From the human T2T-CHM13v2.0 reference genome, Homo sapiens, in NCBI RefSeq assembly GCF_009914755.1, contig NC_060928.1: 64,000 nucleotides of DNA; one strand, given 5' to 3'. The notes beneath the pieces are model-generated. The model was not told where the DNA came from. It made no database searches and was given only the letters and a program-made list of their open reading frames with translations. The position numbers and the translations under genes were made by a program. Shown in pieces: positions 14,408 through 28,229 of this stretch (positions are counted from its first letter, which is position 1; each line of letters opens with the position of its first letter).

Positions 14408-14729
14408 TAGTAGCAGGCTGCTGTGTTCTCACAGAGCCCCGCTTCTGGTGGTAAGACTAGCTCATTCCAGTGAGGGGCAGGACTCCTCACATGGGTGAGT
14501 TTGGCTTGCAAACTCTAAGGCCTGGCTGAAATATCTCAGCACTATGCTGCAGTGTGAGACTCTTCCTATCAATCAACTTTCCTTCCTTTTTCCTCCCCTT
14601 CCAGAGTGGGCTTTCCCTGCCTCTTCCAGCTTCCTCTGCTTTTCCCTACAGGAGAGTTGTCTCCAATAACTCTCTTGCAGGTCTACTACTGTCTTGGCAT
14701 CTGCTCCTCAGAGGACCTGAGCTAACACA
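14408..14729 (+). mobile_element. LTR16A-like solo LTR
   Basis: 3' end ccaataactctcttgcaggtcta...gtcttggcatctgctcctcagaggacctgagctaacaca matches the LTR16 U5 end. Confidence 0.7.
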
Positions 14730-14897
14730 AGAAGAAAGTAAGCTTTCTCCCATGGCTTAGAGCTCTAAATCTGAATGTAAATGTAAAACACACTAGGGAA
14801 AACCAAGAGATAAAAAGCAGATATCCAAATGGCTTTTCAAACTGTGCTTGGTTATCCTCTCACCTTCTCAACTCCTCTTCCTCTATTCAGCTCTAGG

Positions 14898-15143
14898 CAG
14901 GGGTTGGCCAACTTTTTCTGTAAAGGGCAAGATAGCAAATGTTTTACACTGTGTGGACAATATGGTCTTGGTTGCAACCACTCAACTCTGCTATTGCAGT
15001 GCAAAAGCACTCATGGGCAGTGCATGGATGGATGGACATGGCTGTGTTCTGATAAAACTGTGTTCTGTTAAAAAACAAAAACAAAAACAAAAGCAGGTGG
15101 CAGGGTATATTTGGCCTGCAGGTCATAGTTTTACTGAGCCCTG
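14898..15143 (+). mobile_element. MER58A hAT-Charlie element
   Basis: caggggttggccaactttttctgtaaaggg...tagttttactgagccctg termini. Confidence 0.85.
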
Positions 15144-15569
15144 TTCTTTCAGGTTCATATTGGAAATTGCTTTTGGCTGACTTATTCAGCCACTTATTTA
15201 GGCCCCTGGATAGCAGATCATTTAAGCTAAAAAGAAAGATCAAAGAAATCTGTGTTCTTCATTGGCATCTGCTGCTTTAGAAATACTTCGCCCTGCAGTC
15301 AGCATTGGAAATTCCCTTCCCTGGGGATCCTGTGAGTGTTCCACAATGCCCAATCCCCAAATCTCTTTCATTTTGCTTACAATTGCTGAATACCCCACTT
15401 TCTATTCTATTCTATTTCTATTCTAACAAACGAGGCTTCATTTTTCTTGTTGCTGGAAATTTAAAAAACTGAAATATAGCAAGAGGGTGGATGCATCTTA
15501 CAAAAGCTTCTAGCAATTACAATAGGGGTCACTATAGCAACTCACTTTTTTTGGATTAAAGCATTTTGG

Positions 15570-15870
15570 GGTCCAGGAGCAGTGGCTCACTCCTGTAATC
15601 CCAGCACTTTGGGAGACTGAGGCATGTAGATCACATGAGGTCAGGATTTTGAGACCAGCCTGGACAACAAGGTGAAACTCCATCTCTACTAAAAGTACAA
15701 AAATTTACCAGGCATGGTGGCATGTGCCTGTAGTCTCAGCTACTCGGGAAGCTGAGGCAAGAGAATCACTTGAACTTGGGAGGTGGAGATTGCAGTAGCT
15801 GATACGGCACCACTGCACTCCAGCCTGGGCAACAGAGCAAGACTCAGTCTCAAAAAAAAAAAAAAAAAAA
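15570..15870 (+). mobile_element. AluS
   Basis: Full Alu, poly(A), TSD aaagcattttgg on both sides. Confidence 0.95.
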
Positions 15871-16819
15871 GCATTTTGGAGTGGGAACTGATGAAGAAAA
15901 AAATTCTGTATGCAGCCAACTGAGGTTTTGACTTTATCTAGAAAACTACCCTGAAGTTTTCCCAGAGTACAGGGATTGAGAAAAAGGAATTGGAGCTGAA
16001 AAAGGTCCTGTGGCCCCAAACAAAGCCAGGTATTGGAGGGGAGTCAACCAGGTGACCAAGTACTCTGGCTGCAGGTGAAACGGGAAGGTTTTACTTCCCT
16101 GATTATAATTAATTGGTGGTAAACATGGATATTTTGTAATTAGTATTTTATATACTATATCATTGCTTCATTTATATCCTTACTTGAATATTACACTTTG
16201 ATTGTACGATTCTCCAAAAGAAGATTGTGAAAAGGGCACTGGGTTTATTTGAATTGCCTTTGGCACTTGTTCTTCCAAATACAGAAAGCAAAAGAATGGC
16301 CTCAGTTCTTGGACAGCATGGGATAGTGGCAACAGCAACCTTGGCCCACTTCTTGAGAGAGATTTGTGACTCAGAATGGATTTCCAAGGCTTGTATTTGC
16401 CTCTCAGCACTTGACTCTTATCCCCTGTCCTTCCCTTCTTCTTTGTTCTTGTTGAGGATTGAGACAGAGCTAAACCTGCAATATAAGAGGTGGTAAAGCT
16501 TCACTTATGTAATGTAACAATGTGCGATACTTTCAATGAAGCATCATTGTGAAGGCTAATAGTCAAATCAATGACAACATAGCATATAATTTACATAAAT
16601 CAGTAGTAGTTATGAAGTGGCAAATTAAGAATAGTCACAACAATTACTAAAATAACATCATCTCATTTGATTTTCACAATGGTCTGTGTAGTTGTCATTA
16701 TAGATTAGCAAATTTTGCCTCATAGTTTAATTTTGATTAAATTATTCTATCAAGTTCATAAAGCTGATAATTTGTAAAGGTGAAATTGCTGGCTGGTTTT
16801 CTGGCCTCTAAAAACTGGG

Positions 16820-17225
16820 ACACAGGAGTTAGGTGCAAAGACTTGGGAACCAGATGACCTGGGTTTGATTTCTACTTCTGCCTCTTGTGTGATCAGTGAC
16901 TGAACCTCTTTGTGTCTGCTCCACAGAGTCACTAGGAGGATTAAATGAGAAGTGTTTGGATAATGTTTCCCCCCATGCTTAGCATAAGTACTACATCAGT
17001 GTTTTTAAAAGCAACAAATATACTATGTTGCTTCTAAGAAAGTGAATAAATTAGTTGAACCTAGGGAATTACCTGATCTCCCTAAGCTTCATTTTCTATT
17101 TATTTGCAAAAGGGAGATTATAATAGTACCTACCTTCTAGACAAGGCTAAATCAGAATGAACGTAAAAACCTTTATATCATACCTGGGATTTATTAAGAG
17201 CTCAGTTTCTGTTAGCTATTACAGT
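16820..17225 (+). mobile_element. Two adjacent MIR fragments
   Basis: gacctgggtttgatttctacttctgcc, gaggattaaatgaga and ataatagtacctacctt MIR motifs. Confidence 0.6.
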
Positions 17226-17829
17226 TTTTTTGTTGTTGTTATTATCTTCTTCTATGGAGCAAAATTATATGCAAATAGATTAGTCAGATCAACATTGAAA
17301 TATAGGAATGTGAATGGCTAACTTAGATAATAGAGATGATATTTTAAAGTTCTTAGGAGATCACACATATTATTTAAATATTAATCTGGCTGGCTGAAAA
17401 ATATCTTCAAAAACATTTTAAGGACATTTCTTCTCATAGTGATACATCTTGTTCAGGCACAAGACAACTTAAGAATAATATAAAGTTGACTAAAAGGATA
17501 CTAGACTCAAAGGAGACCATTGTATAAAATATTAAGGCTTTCCTTAAGTGTCAAGAGTTTGGACACATCAATAGGACAGCAGGCTTTTAAAACTGCTAAA
17601 TTAAGTCAGAGTTTCTGCAACATAGAGCACCTCTGCATGAGAGGGGAATTTGTGAAATATCCTGAATGGCTTACTAAAAAAGACCCAGAGGAAATTCCTA
17701 CAACCTACAAATAAAGCTTCAAGTGTTGACCACAACTGCCCTCAAGCTGCTACTATGAATACTCAACCCACAACCATTGTAGGCTGGGAAGACCCAGGGC
17801 TCATGCCGTGAGCCGCTGCCTGCCTCTCC

Positions 17830-18240
17830 ACCCCTTTTCTCTCCTTCACTCAAGCTGGAGTTTTCTTGGTTTTACCAGTTAGCTATGTTTGTCCTCACTT
17901 TCAGGTCTTTGTTCATGCTATTGTTTTATGTGTGGAATTTTATTTCCTTACCTTCTGGTTAACTCTTTCTCATCCTTCTTAACTTGGGCCCCATTTCTTC
18001 AAGGAGGGCATCCATGAAATCCTCGCTGAGATTAGTGCTCCATGTACACTGTATATTTCTCTCTCTTATAGCACTCAACTCTCTTACAATTATTTTTCTT
18101 ACTATATTTTTTAGTAACTATATGCACTAAGATCCTCTAAAGTTCTGAAGGGCAGGCACTATGTTCACTCTGTATTCTCAGTGCTTAACATAGAGCCTGA
18201 CACACAGTAGGGGCTTAATAATTATCATATGTAATTGAAT
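17830..18240 (+). mobile_element. L2 3' end
   Basis: aagttctgaagggcaggcactatgttcactctgtattctcagtgcttaacatagagcctgacacacagtagg. Confidence 0.7.
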
Positions 18241-19368
18241 ATAAGATACATTAATTGGAAGACAACCCATTATTTCATGAACCCACTAAGAAAGAAAAGA
18301 AACCCTGTGAATTAAACTATGGAACGATGCCTTTATCATCACTTAGCATTCTTATTCTATATTTATTAGAAGATCTCATTTAGTCTTATTTAGACATCGA
18401 TTTTTATCATGTCACTGTTGCATATTTTATATATATATATAAATTGGTTGGTGGATTCCTGAACTTCTTTTTTGGAGCCTCTTATGAATTATTTTTACAC
18501 TTAATTTAGGTTATTCTTTTTTCTTCCCACAAAATATTATGCTCTGTGCCATCAAGAGCCTGGGTGATGGTACATTTCTTGAAAAGATCATCCCCTATTG
18601 TTAGGGAGAATTTCTTGCAAATTTCATACCCATTCCTCAAATATTTATATGCATAGGCAATGACAACCTCATCATGACTGCTGCAGGGTCAGAATGGCTT
18701 TAAGATACATTCTATTTCTACGAATGTTCAAAGTAAAAAAAAAAAGTGAAACAATGAGCATGGCGTTTACCAAATAAATGCTGTAAACTATATAAATACG
18801 TGTAAAAAGTTCTATGCATGTATGTATGTGGGTAGGTAAGTAAGTAGCCAGAATATTTTCAGAATATTTTGTGTGCAATATGTCTGTGAAAAATGAGAAG
18901 TCCACATCAGATTGTTTATAGCAGGCCTCCTTAAGAATTTCAAGGTCAAGGCAAGCATGCTGTACTCTGTTTTCTTCTGCTTCTGCTTCCTGCCTCTGTA
19001 GGGCTGGAGTGAGAAGAGGGCTAGGGCTTTTGCTTACAAAAGCTTTGCTTATGAAGGAAGCTTGGCCATCTGTTTTTCTGAGATTGGGCACTTTTTCTTC
19101 AGCCCCTTGCCCTCTCACTATAACATCTGACTGGATCCTGATTCTGTTGACTTGAAGACTATAATTCTTATCTAGTCAAATGCCTTTATTGTGTCGGAGA
19201 GAAAATTGATGTTCATGGTGGTAAGAAGAAACTCATTTGTAGTTACAGGTGGACAATTATAAAGCAGAGTAAATTGAGTAGATGCTCCAGGGAAAGGTCT
19301 TAGGCTAAGCATTGGGAAGCCTAAATGCCTGGTGTGTACATCTATAATATGCATTGTTTGCAGGCATC

Positions 19369-19745
19369 TGTTATGGACTGTATTGTGTCCTCTCCAAATT
19401 CATTTGTTGAAGTCCTAACCCCTAGTACTTCAGAATGAAACAATTTGGAGATGGGGCTTTTACAAAGGTAATCAAGTTAAAATGATGCTGTAGGTGGGCC
19501 CTCATCCAAACTGACTGGTGTCTTTATGAGAGATTAAGAAATACAAAAAGAGACACCAGAAATGTTTCCACATAGAGAAAAGACAGCATGAAAAGGTAGC
19601 AAGAAGGTGACCATCTGCAAGCCAAGTAGAGAGGCCTTAGATCTTGGACTACCAGCCTCCAGAACTGTCAGAAAATAAATTTCTGTTCTTTAAGCCACCC
19701 ACTCTGTGGCACATTTTGTTACAGCAGCCCAAGCAGATTAATACA
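19369..19745 (+). mobile_element. MLT1 (MLT1B-like) solo LTR
   Basis: tgttatggactgtattgtgtcc...aataaatttctgttctttaagccaccc...gattaataca. Confidence 0.85.
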
Positions 19746-20129
19746 ATATGTTAATGAGAGGATTCAGAATGGTAATTGCAAAGGAAGGAGAAGGTACATA
19801 CTCGAATGTCATTAGTAACTTACAGCAAGGTTGGCTATTAGGTAGTATTATTCAAGGAGTCTCAGAGGAACAAAATCCTTCTTCAAACCATAGCTCTCTT
19901 CTTCCCAAGGTGTTCAAGGAGGAAATGAACCAAAGACAAGACTGCAAAACTTCATTGCCGTCAGGGCTTGGTGTGGAATTTCCTCAGAGAATCCTGGTTT
20001 GCTGGACTGAGAACAGAGAGGGGTTCTTTCCCTCCCCTAAATTCACATCTATCTCAGCTCCCATTTGGTTATAGAAGAGGACCTTACACAAAAGAAGAGA
20101 AAACGTCATTCTTGGCACTTTCAGGTTAT

Positions 20130-20828
20130 TTCTTTTTCTTTTTTTTTTTAACTTTTTATTTTTAACTTTTTATTTTAGGTTCAGGGGTACATATACAGCT
20201 TTGTTACATAAGTAAATGGTATGTCACGGGGGTTTGGTGTACAGATTATTTTGTCACCCAGGTAATAAGCATAGTATCCAATAGGTAGTGTTTTGATCCT
20301 CTCCTTCCTCTCATCCTCCACCCTTAAGTAGACTCCAGTGTGTCTTGTTCTTTTCTTTGTGTTCATGTATATTCATTGTTTAGCTCCCACTCACAATATG
20401 TGGTGTTAGTGTTCGTTCACTTAGGATAATGGCCTCCAGCTCCATCCATGTTGCTGCAAAGGACATGATCTTGTTCCTTTTTATGGCTGTGTAGTATTTC
20501 ATGGTGTATATACATCACATTTACTTAATCCAGTTTACTGTTGATGGGCATTTAGGCTGATTCCATGTCTTTACTATTGCGGATAGTGCTTCAATGAACA
20601 TATGCATGCATGTGTCTTTATGGTAGAACAATTAATATTCCTTTGGGTATTTACCCAATAATGGGATTGCTGGGTCAAATGGTAATTCTGTTTTAAGTTC
20701 TTTGAGAAATTGTCACACTGCTTTCCACAATGGCTGAACTAATTTACATTCCTACCTGCATTGTATAAGCATTCCTTTTCTCTGAAACCTTGCCAGGATC
20801 GTTATTTTTTAATAGTAATAGCCATTCT
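20130..20828 (-). mobile_element. L1 (L1PA15/16-like) 3' end
   Basis: T-rich tail then antisense L1 3'UTR and ORF2 end. Confidence 0.85.
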
Positions 20829-22915
20829 ATTTCCTTATGAGCAAATCTAGGCCATTTATATTTCTCCAAATATAATACATTTTATTTAAAATTTTACATT
20901 TATTAGTACAGAGTTATGCAGATTTTTCCTTTCCAATTAAGAAAAAAAATACTTTATATATTTATTTTTGACCTTTACTCATTGCTTGTTTTGTTTGTGT
21001 TCTCCCTCTTTTTTCTTTCCTATTGTGTTGGTTCCCTTTGAAATCTTCAAAACACTCACTCTCACATGTTGTAATTGTCTCTTAACCTGTGATTTTTGTT
21101 TGGGTTTTCTGTGTCATAGAGGTCATATTATTTTCTGGGCTGATCCTCTGATTTTCATGATAAATTAGTGTTCGACCTATACCTTTTTCTGAGTCTTCAT
21201 TATCTTGCTCTAGTGTGTCCTACAGCTTTTCTTCATAGGCTCTCTTTAACTAGCTTGTTTACTCTTCGTTGAAAAAAATAGATCTTCAGCTGTTGTTTGT
21301 AAACAAATAGAGTATATGGATTGCCTTTGATCTCATTTACCACTCACTTGAGAATTTGTTCTGTTTGTTCAATCTTCTGACAGGCATGGCAAGAGAGAAA
21401 TTTATACCACACAGTTTCTATTTCAGTTTCCGGAGTTTGACAGGCTTTTACCTAATACAACCCTATTGAGGTTCAATCATATGGCACTCTCTGCTCAAGA
21501 TACCCCATTTTAGTTTTCTTCTGTAACAACTTGAATCAGTGCAATAAATGTAAAAGAATAATGCTCAGAATATTCTACTCCAAGGTCTCTTTTTATGCAT
21601 GTACTTAAGAACTGTTTCTATTTTCTGGCCAGTTGTTTTCTGAGCACTGCAGTCTCTTTGTGGATATAGAGACTGGTATGATGTCCTGGGGGAAGGGGGA
21701 AGGAAATATCACCCTGCTTGCCTCAAAAAGCAGAATCTATCCAGTGATAGAATTCATGTGCAATGTTTTAGTTGGTTCATATCCTTTTTCTGAGTGGGAC
21801 AGGAGGGAGAAAATAAAAAGATATTTTTGTTTCCATTATCTTGCTTTTGCAGAACAACAGGTTTGTTTCCTTTTTAGAAGCAAAGTATGTGTGGGACCAT
21901 GATTGTGTTTCCCAGTCCTGTTTTATCACTTTAATTCTAATTTCAGGCAATTGTATGAATTTTCACCTTCCTCTCTAACTTTTATGTGGGCAGTAACTAT
22001 ACTTGTCTTCCCATTTTACTTCTGATATAATCTCAGTGTCAGGAATATTCCAGGTGCTCAATAAATAATTTATTTAATGAACACATAAATACCACAATTG
22101 TCACATTAGTGGGTCTTTTGGAACGAACTGAATCAAGGAAAATTTGCTAAAAAGTAATCTAAACAAGGCTTCCCCATTATGATTTCATTACATCTTAGTG
22201 CCAATTTTACTTCTTTCCAAACTAGTAATATCTCTATAACTCTAACAAGTGTTAATAACTTGATTTGGAAATTTTGATATGTGAGAAATTGTATGAAGAT
22301 CAATCATTCATTCTACAAACATATATTGAGCACCTATTTATGGCTGGCACTATGCCATCATAGAATTCTTTCCAGCCACATGGAGGGTAGAGGTTTGGGG
22401 TGGCTATACACTAAAAAGTAGTTACAAGATATTGTGAGATATCAGAGAGTTATGTAAAATTTGCCATGAGATACACTTGAGCTCTGCTTTGAGTCTTCAG
22501 AGAAAATAATGAATACTAAGAGCTATAGGGGATGGAGCTGTAAGGATAGGAGTGTTTCTAGGAAAGGTAATAACACCCAGAGTCTGGAGTAGTCAGGGGA
22601 TTGCATGTAGTTAATTGTGATTGAAAACAGAGGGTGGAAGATAACCGGAAAGGCTTTAAAGGCAATTTCCTATAGATCACTGAGAATAGTTTTCACTAGA
22701 ATGTAAGGATAATGCTAGATTCAAGAGGGTGGTTGACCATAAGCCATAGTGATAATGACTGGGGAAGATATGTGAGTATAGGGGTAGTGAGGAGACTATG
22801 TGGGTAAGAGTTGCAAAATTGGATAAAGCTTCCCTAAAGAAAATGAATTTAAAGCTGCAGTGGATACATTAGAAGAGATAGTGCTGAGAGAATCATTATG
22901 TTCTTACAGGAGGAG

Positions 22916-22917
<2 letters not shown>

Positions 22918-22946
<29 letters not shown>
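22918..22946. repeat. (GT)n microsatellite
   Basis: Directly visible. Confidence 0.95.
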
Positions 22947-23436
22947 ATTGTAGACACACCTGAGCTAGAGTTGGAGCTGTGTGGCTGCCTCAATTAGTCA
23001 GTATTTGTTTGCCATCCCTTGAAGTCATGGCATAACACACTGGCTCATGTCCAAGAGAGAAAAAATGAAGATAAAATTAAAGTATAAGCTAAGAATGCTC
23101 AGAGAATGGAACAAAATGAACTACAAGTAAAGTTGTTGGGAAAACATGATCATAGATTTTCAAGGACACTGATCTGATGTCAGGGGAGTGATGTGCTAAG
23201 GGAATGGACAGCCTTAAACAGTAATTATAAAACTGGAAACCTACTATTAAGTAAAGGATTTAAGTGAGGCCTTAACTATAGAGTCTTTTGTATAATACCC
23301 CATCATGATTGTGCCAACCTCTACCATTTTTATTCAAAATCAAATTCCATTTCATTAACGTTAGATTCATTTCTTTTAACATCTACTGTGCCCTTTGGCA
23401 CAATCTAGGTTTTCTAAATTTTTATTTCTTCATTTT

Positions 23437-23533
23437 CTCATATATTTTATGTACACACATACGCACATTATATATATATATGTAACTCATATATTTTATG
23501 TACACACATGCACACATTATATATATATATGTA
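23437..23533. repeat. Tandem duplication of a 49-bp unit
   Basis: ctcatatattttatgtacacacat...cacattatatatatatatgta present twice (starts 23437, 23486). Confidence 0.9.
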
Positions 23534-24090
23534 CATCCTCAGATAATTTTAAAATAATTTTCACATTACACTGAGAAACTATAGTACACCCGAAAAAATT
23601 CTTAAGATTTTATTTATATAGCTTAGATGTCCTAGGGGTGAAGGTATACAAAATTTTGCTTTTACTATATCTTCCAGTTAGCCAAATTACTGCCTAGCCC
23701 AAAGCAAGTATTTATAGTGATGAAATGGCTCTCTCCATTCAAAGAGGCATCCATTGTGTTTCTTTATGTAAGAGGTATGGGGTAACAGATCCCGTGATGT
23801 GATAAGAACAGATCACTATTCCAGCTAGAAGGTACCTGCCACTGGACACGGTGAAAAGGACCAAGGGTATGATTAAGAGTACCAGACTGTGATGATACTC
23901 AGATTTGTTTCCTTGATGTAATTTCATCTCTAGACTTCTTTCAGGAAAGATGGGCACAGCATTATAACAACCACCAGGGGGCTGCTGCTGAAAGGTACCC
24001 TAGCCTTTTGCAGGGAGATTGAGCTGCTTTGTTTAAGTTTGCTTTAAAAAGTAAACATAATTTTAAAAGAAATTAATAAAAGTAGCAATG

Positions 24091-24376
24091 AGCTGGGTGC
24101 GGTGGCTCATGCCTGTAAAAATCCCAGCACTTTGAGAGACTGAGGCAGGTGGATTACTTGAGGTCAGGAGTTTGAGACCAGCCTGGCCAACATGGTGAAA
24201 CCCCATCTCTACTAAAAATACAAAAATTAGCCGGGCATGGTGGCACACACCTGTAATCCCAGTTACTCGGGAGGTTGAGGCAGGAGGTTGCAATGAGCCG
24301 AGATCGTGCCACTGCACTCCAGTCTGGCTGACAGAGTGAGACTCTGTCTCAAAAAAAAAAAAAAAGAAAAAAAAAT
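24091..24376 (+). mobile_element. AluSx-like with ~25-bp internal deletion in the right arm
   Basis: Alu sequence; gaggcaggag joined directly to gttgca at ~24286; TSD agcaatgag. Confidence 0.95.
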
Positions 24377-25579
24377 AAGCAATGAGACAAATACCATGTT
24401 ACTTTTTGTTTACAGGCATATTAATTTCATTAATTAATATACTGTTTTAATTCTGGGTGTTCTGGTACGTTGGGCAAAATGGAAGACATGATGACTTCAT
24501 GCTGCCTACTAATAGAAATCATACAAGCTCATCTGCAGTGACATACTTCAGTGGTACGAATTCAAAGAGGCATCAACTATGCGACTCTTTAAGAGATATA
24601 GGGTAACAGATCCTGTGAAGTTTTCAATTGGGATTTTGCACAGGGCACATCCATTTTGTTCAAAGTGGAGTTTTATATATCTGTTGTTTATAAAAGTTGC
24701 AGAAGAAAACTTTAAGGCATTACTCAGGGAAGATATTTCTTCAGGGAAATGAAATGGGTTCAGGAATATTATTTCCTAATGATCTTTCTTAATGCAGGGA
24801 CTAAGTTTAGGGAATCCAGGAGAATGGCTAATTAAAATGCCTATTACATTATTTCTCTGATATATGATTTGCTTAAAACTATCCATTGGTAACTGCTCAG
24901 AGTTGACTTTCGGTAATTCTCTGATGAGAACCTGGAACCAAAATACAAAGATGCCTTGAGTAGGTATTTTGTACAGAGTTAAAAAATGAGAGCATGTTCA
25001 GTTGTATTTTATTTCCATTACAAGAAAGTTAAACCTGAAATCCATGTCAATTTGCAGAGGTCCTCATTCACCTATGAGCTCCACCCATTAAGGTTTTGGT
25101 TTTTTCTTTCTTTTTTTTTTTTTTGGTTGTAATTAATTTCTTACAGACACTAGCTTTCTTGCCAAGAGCAATCACAAACCTAAATGCCTTTATCTTTCTT
25201 GCTCAAATCTACAGGGCATCAAATATTGACCAAAATGTTTCTTCAAAGGAAAATATTAGCTTAGTAAATGCAGTTCATTTCTAGCCATCCTTGAATGTTC
25301 ACTGTTTTCCCAAAGTTGTTGACAGTGCATCTATATAACAACATGCATTAATCTAATATTTAATATAGGTCTTCTTTCTCCATGGAGATTAAAGCACTCT
25401 ACAAGGATTTTTATTTTAAATGAATTCAAGATACGAACTTGATAAAGCACAGGACAACTTCAAGTCTTATGTATTTCAAATCCAATATACAATGGACTCA
25501 CACCTGGATTATTAGAGCTATGCTAGAATAAATATGATTTATTGGTTGAAATGGAACTCACATTTTTTACACTTTTTAA

Positions 25580-26900
25580 AAGTATTTTATTTTTTGAACA
25601 TTACTTTTTATTATAAAAGTAATATATGTTCATTGTGAACATTATGGAAATAAAAATAATAAAATAAAAATCACATATAACTGTTTAAACCTCTGTTAAA
25701 CTTTTAGACTATATCCTTACACACATTTCCTATGCACTAGTATGTATTAAAAATAATTAGGATATATGACATTACTTATTTGTGAGTGACACTTCATTTA
25801 AAATGTATCACATTTTCCCGTGTCATTAAATACTAACTATAGTATTCCATAGCATAAATGCACCATAATTCATTTAACAATTTCTTTAACAATAACTTTG
25901 TCTACATTGTAAACAATGCTATGTGAACATTTCTGTAGACAAATATTTGCGTACAATTAGAGTTATTTTCTCTAGTTAAATTTCCAAAAGGAGAATTTCA
26001 GGGTCAAATTTTTTTTTACAAGTTTTCATACATAGGCTAAACTATCTTCCACAATGGAAGTATATGTGAGTGTCTATCTTTATCTTTGCCAACACTAAAT
26101 GTTATTATATCAAGTTTTTAATAATCTCTAATTTGATATGTGAAAAAAGATTGTTCTTTTACCCTTTGTTACTTTGCTTACCTGAAAATTTTGAAATAAT
26201 TCATATATTTATTTACCATTTACATTATTGCTTTATACCTTATTTATTCCTACACATCATTCATTTTTTTTTCTGTTGGGGTGTATTAAATTTTATATGA
26301 AGAGAATTCTTTATATAAAATTAGGATAACATTGTGTCATGCATTTTACAAGTATCTTTCCAGCTAATCTTTATCATGTTTTGTTACTGAATTTTTCATT
26401 TTTAAATTGTCAGTTTCTCAAGTGTTTTCATTAAAGTTTCTATATTTGCTTGTACAATTAGAAAACCTTCCTCACAAAATGTTCAATATTCATTTTTATT
26501 TTACATATTTGATGATTTGCTTTGTTTTTCATTTTATGCAATTAATGCTTTAATAAATCTGCAACTAATTATGGTTTATCATGTGAGGAGAGGATTTGAT
26601 CGGTTTTTTTCTATTGTTAAGCAATTGTTCCTGCATGTTTATTGAATAATACACTTCTTCCTACTGATTTTAATATTTTTAAATTCAGCTGAAGCTTTTA
26701 TGTTCTGTAGTTTTCTCCTGAGATTAATTTCTGCTCCACTGATTTCTCTATTCTTCCACGTTTATCACAATATTTTAATAATGCATTCTCGTATCTGGTA
26801 TTGCAAGTCCTTCTTCAGTAGTTTTTTCCAGAATGTTCTTTGTCATTCTTGACTCTTTATTCTTACATATACTTCAGAATTACTTTATTAAGTTGAAAAA
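25580..26900 (-). mobile_element. Highly diverged L1ME fragment
   Basis: Antisense L1M motifs (tagtattccat, aatgctatgtgaacatt, gttcctgcatgtttattgaata). Confidence 0.55.
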
Positions 26901-27290
26901 GATTCACTTAAGAAGATATGTTTCACTGTGGAAAAATGCCTAGGATACATTAAGCAAAGAAAGCAAATTATATAACAGTATGTATATTATCCCTCTTACA
27001 ATGAAACAGAAGTCAGAAAAAACACAGAAGTGTGTGTGTATGCTCATGTGTAGGTGAGAATGTTTCTTATAGATACATACAAAAGTTCTAGAAGAATGGC
27101 CAGGAAAGTTATTAACAATGGTTACCTGTAGTGAGTGGGAATGGACATTGTGGGGAAGAGGAACTTCTGCTTTTTCACTATAAAGAGTCTTTTCATGCAA
27201 TTTGAATTTTCTACCATGAACAGTCATTAATCTTAAAAATTTTAAATGCCTTTGAAAAAAACCATCCAAAAAATATTAAAAAGCTATTTA

Positions 27291-27584
27291 CACACAAAAG
27301 GACAAAAACTGCATAATTTCACTCATATGAGGTACTTGGGTAGTCAGATTCATAGAGACATAAAGTAGAATGGTGGTTGCCAGGGTATGGGGGAACAGGG
27401 GAAAGGGAGTTGCTGTTAAGCATGTAGAGAGTTTCTATTTTTCAAGATGAAAAATATTTTAAAGATGGATGCTGTCTCAGTGATGGTTGTATGACAATAT
27501 GAATGTACCTAATGCCACTGAACTGTATACTTAAAATGGCTAAAATGATAAGTTTTATTTTATGTATATTTTACAATAGTTTTT
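27291..27584 (+). mobile_element. L1MB 3' end
   Basis: gacataaagtagaatggtggttgccaggg...gaactgtatacttaaaatgg; TSD aaaagctattta at 27279-27290 and 27585-27596. Confidence 0.85.
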
Positions 27585-27929
27585 AAAAGCTATTTATGAT
27601 GATTCACCTCTGGGGAGTTGCATTGAGGAGTCAGGGTGTAGGCCGAGGACAATACTTTTCACTTAACACCTTCTGCATGGCCTGAATTTTTCATGCAAAG
27701 CTAGTGTTGTTTTCATAATGCAAAAAAAATTAGGAGTCTTTCTAAGCCTATTCTGATTTGAAGGGCTGTCTGATTAAGAAAAATTTAATGTCATAGCTAA
27801 TTTTAAAAGGTATTGGAAATTCTAAGTGGAATTATATTACATTTATGAACGACAGGACATCTTTATTGTTATAAAGACAATATTTTGTCCTTTAGTCATA
27901 TAGAAATACTTTTCAAAAAACATTTGAAA

Positions 27930-28200
27930 CTTTTTTTATTTCAATAGCTTTAGGGGTATAAATGGGTTTTGGTTATATGGATGAACTGTATATTGGTAAA
28001 GTCTAGGATTTTAGTGAACTCATCACCCAAGTAGTGTACATTGTATCCAGTAGATAGATTTTCATCTGTTACCCTCTTCCCATCCTCCCACTTCTGAGTC
28101 TCCAATGTCCATTATACCAGTCTGTATGCCTTTGCTTGCCCATAGCTTAGGTGCCACTTATAACTGAGAACATGTGGTGTTTGGTGTTTGATTCCTAAGG
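27930..28200 (-). mobile_element. L1PB/L1MA 3' end fragment
   Basis: ttttatttcaatagctttaggggta...cccaagtagtgtacattgta antisense 3'UTR. Confidence 0.75.
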
Positions 28201-28229
28201 AACTCACATGTTTGACTATCAGAAATAGA

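Noticed and set aside
23716-23810. gtgatga resembling a snoRNA C box ahead of the repeated motif
   Set aside because: No suitably placed CTGA D box or terminal stem, and the box is absent from the second repeat copy
493-27269. Numerous 60-150 aa ORFs in the provided track
   Set aside because: Many start at non-ATG codons, overlap Alu/L1/LTR/simple repeats or show no recognisable domain; consistent with chance
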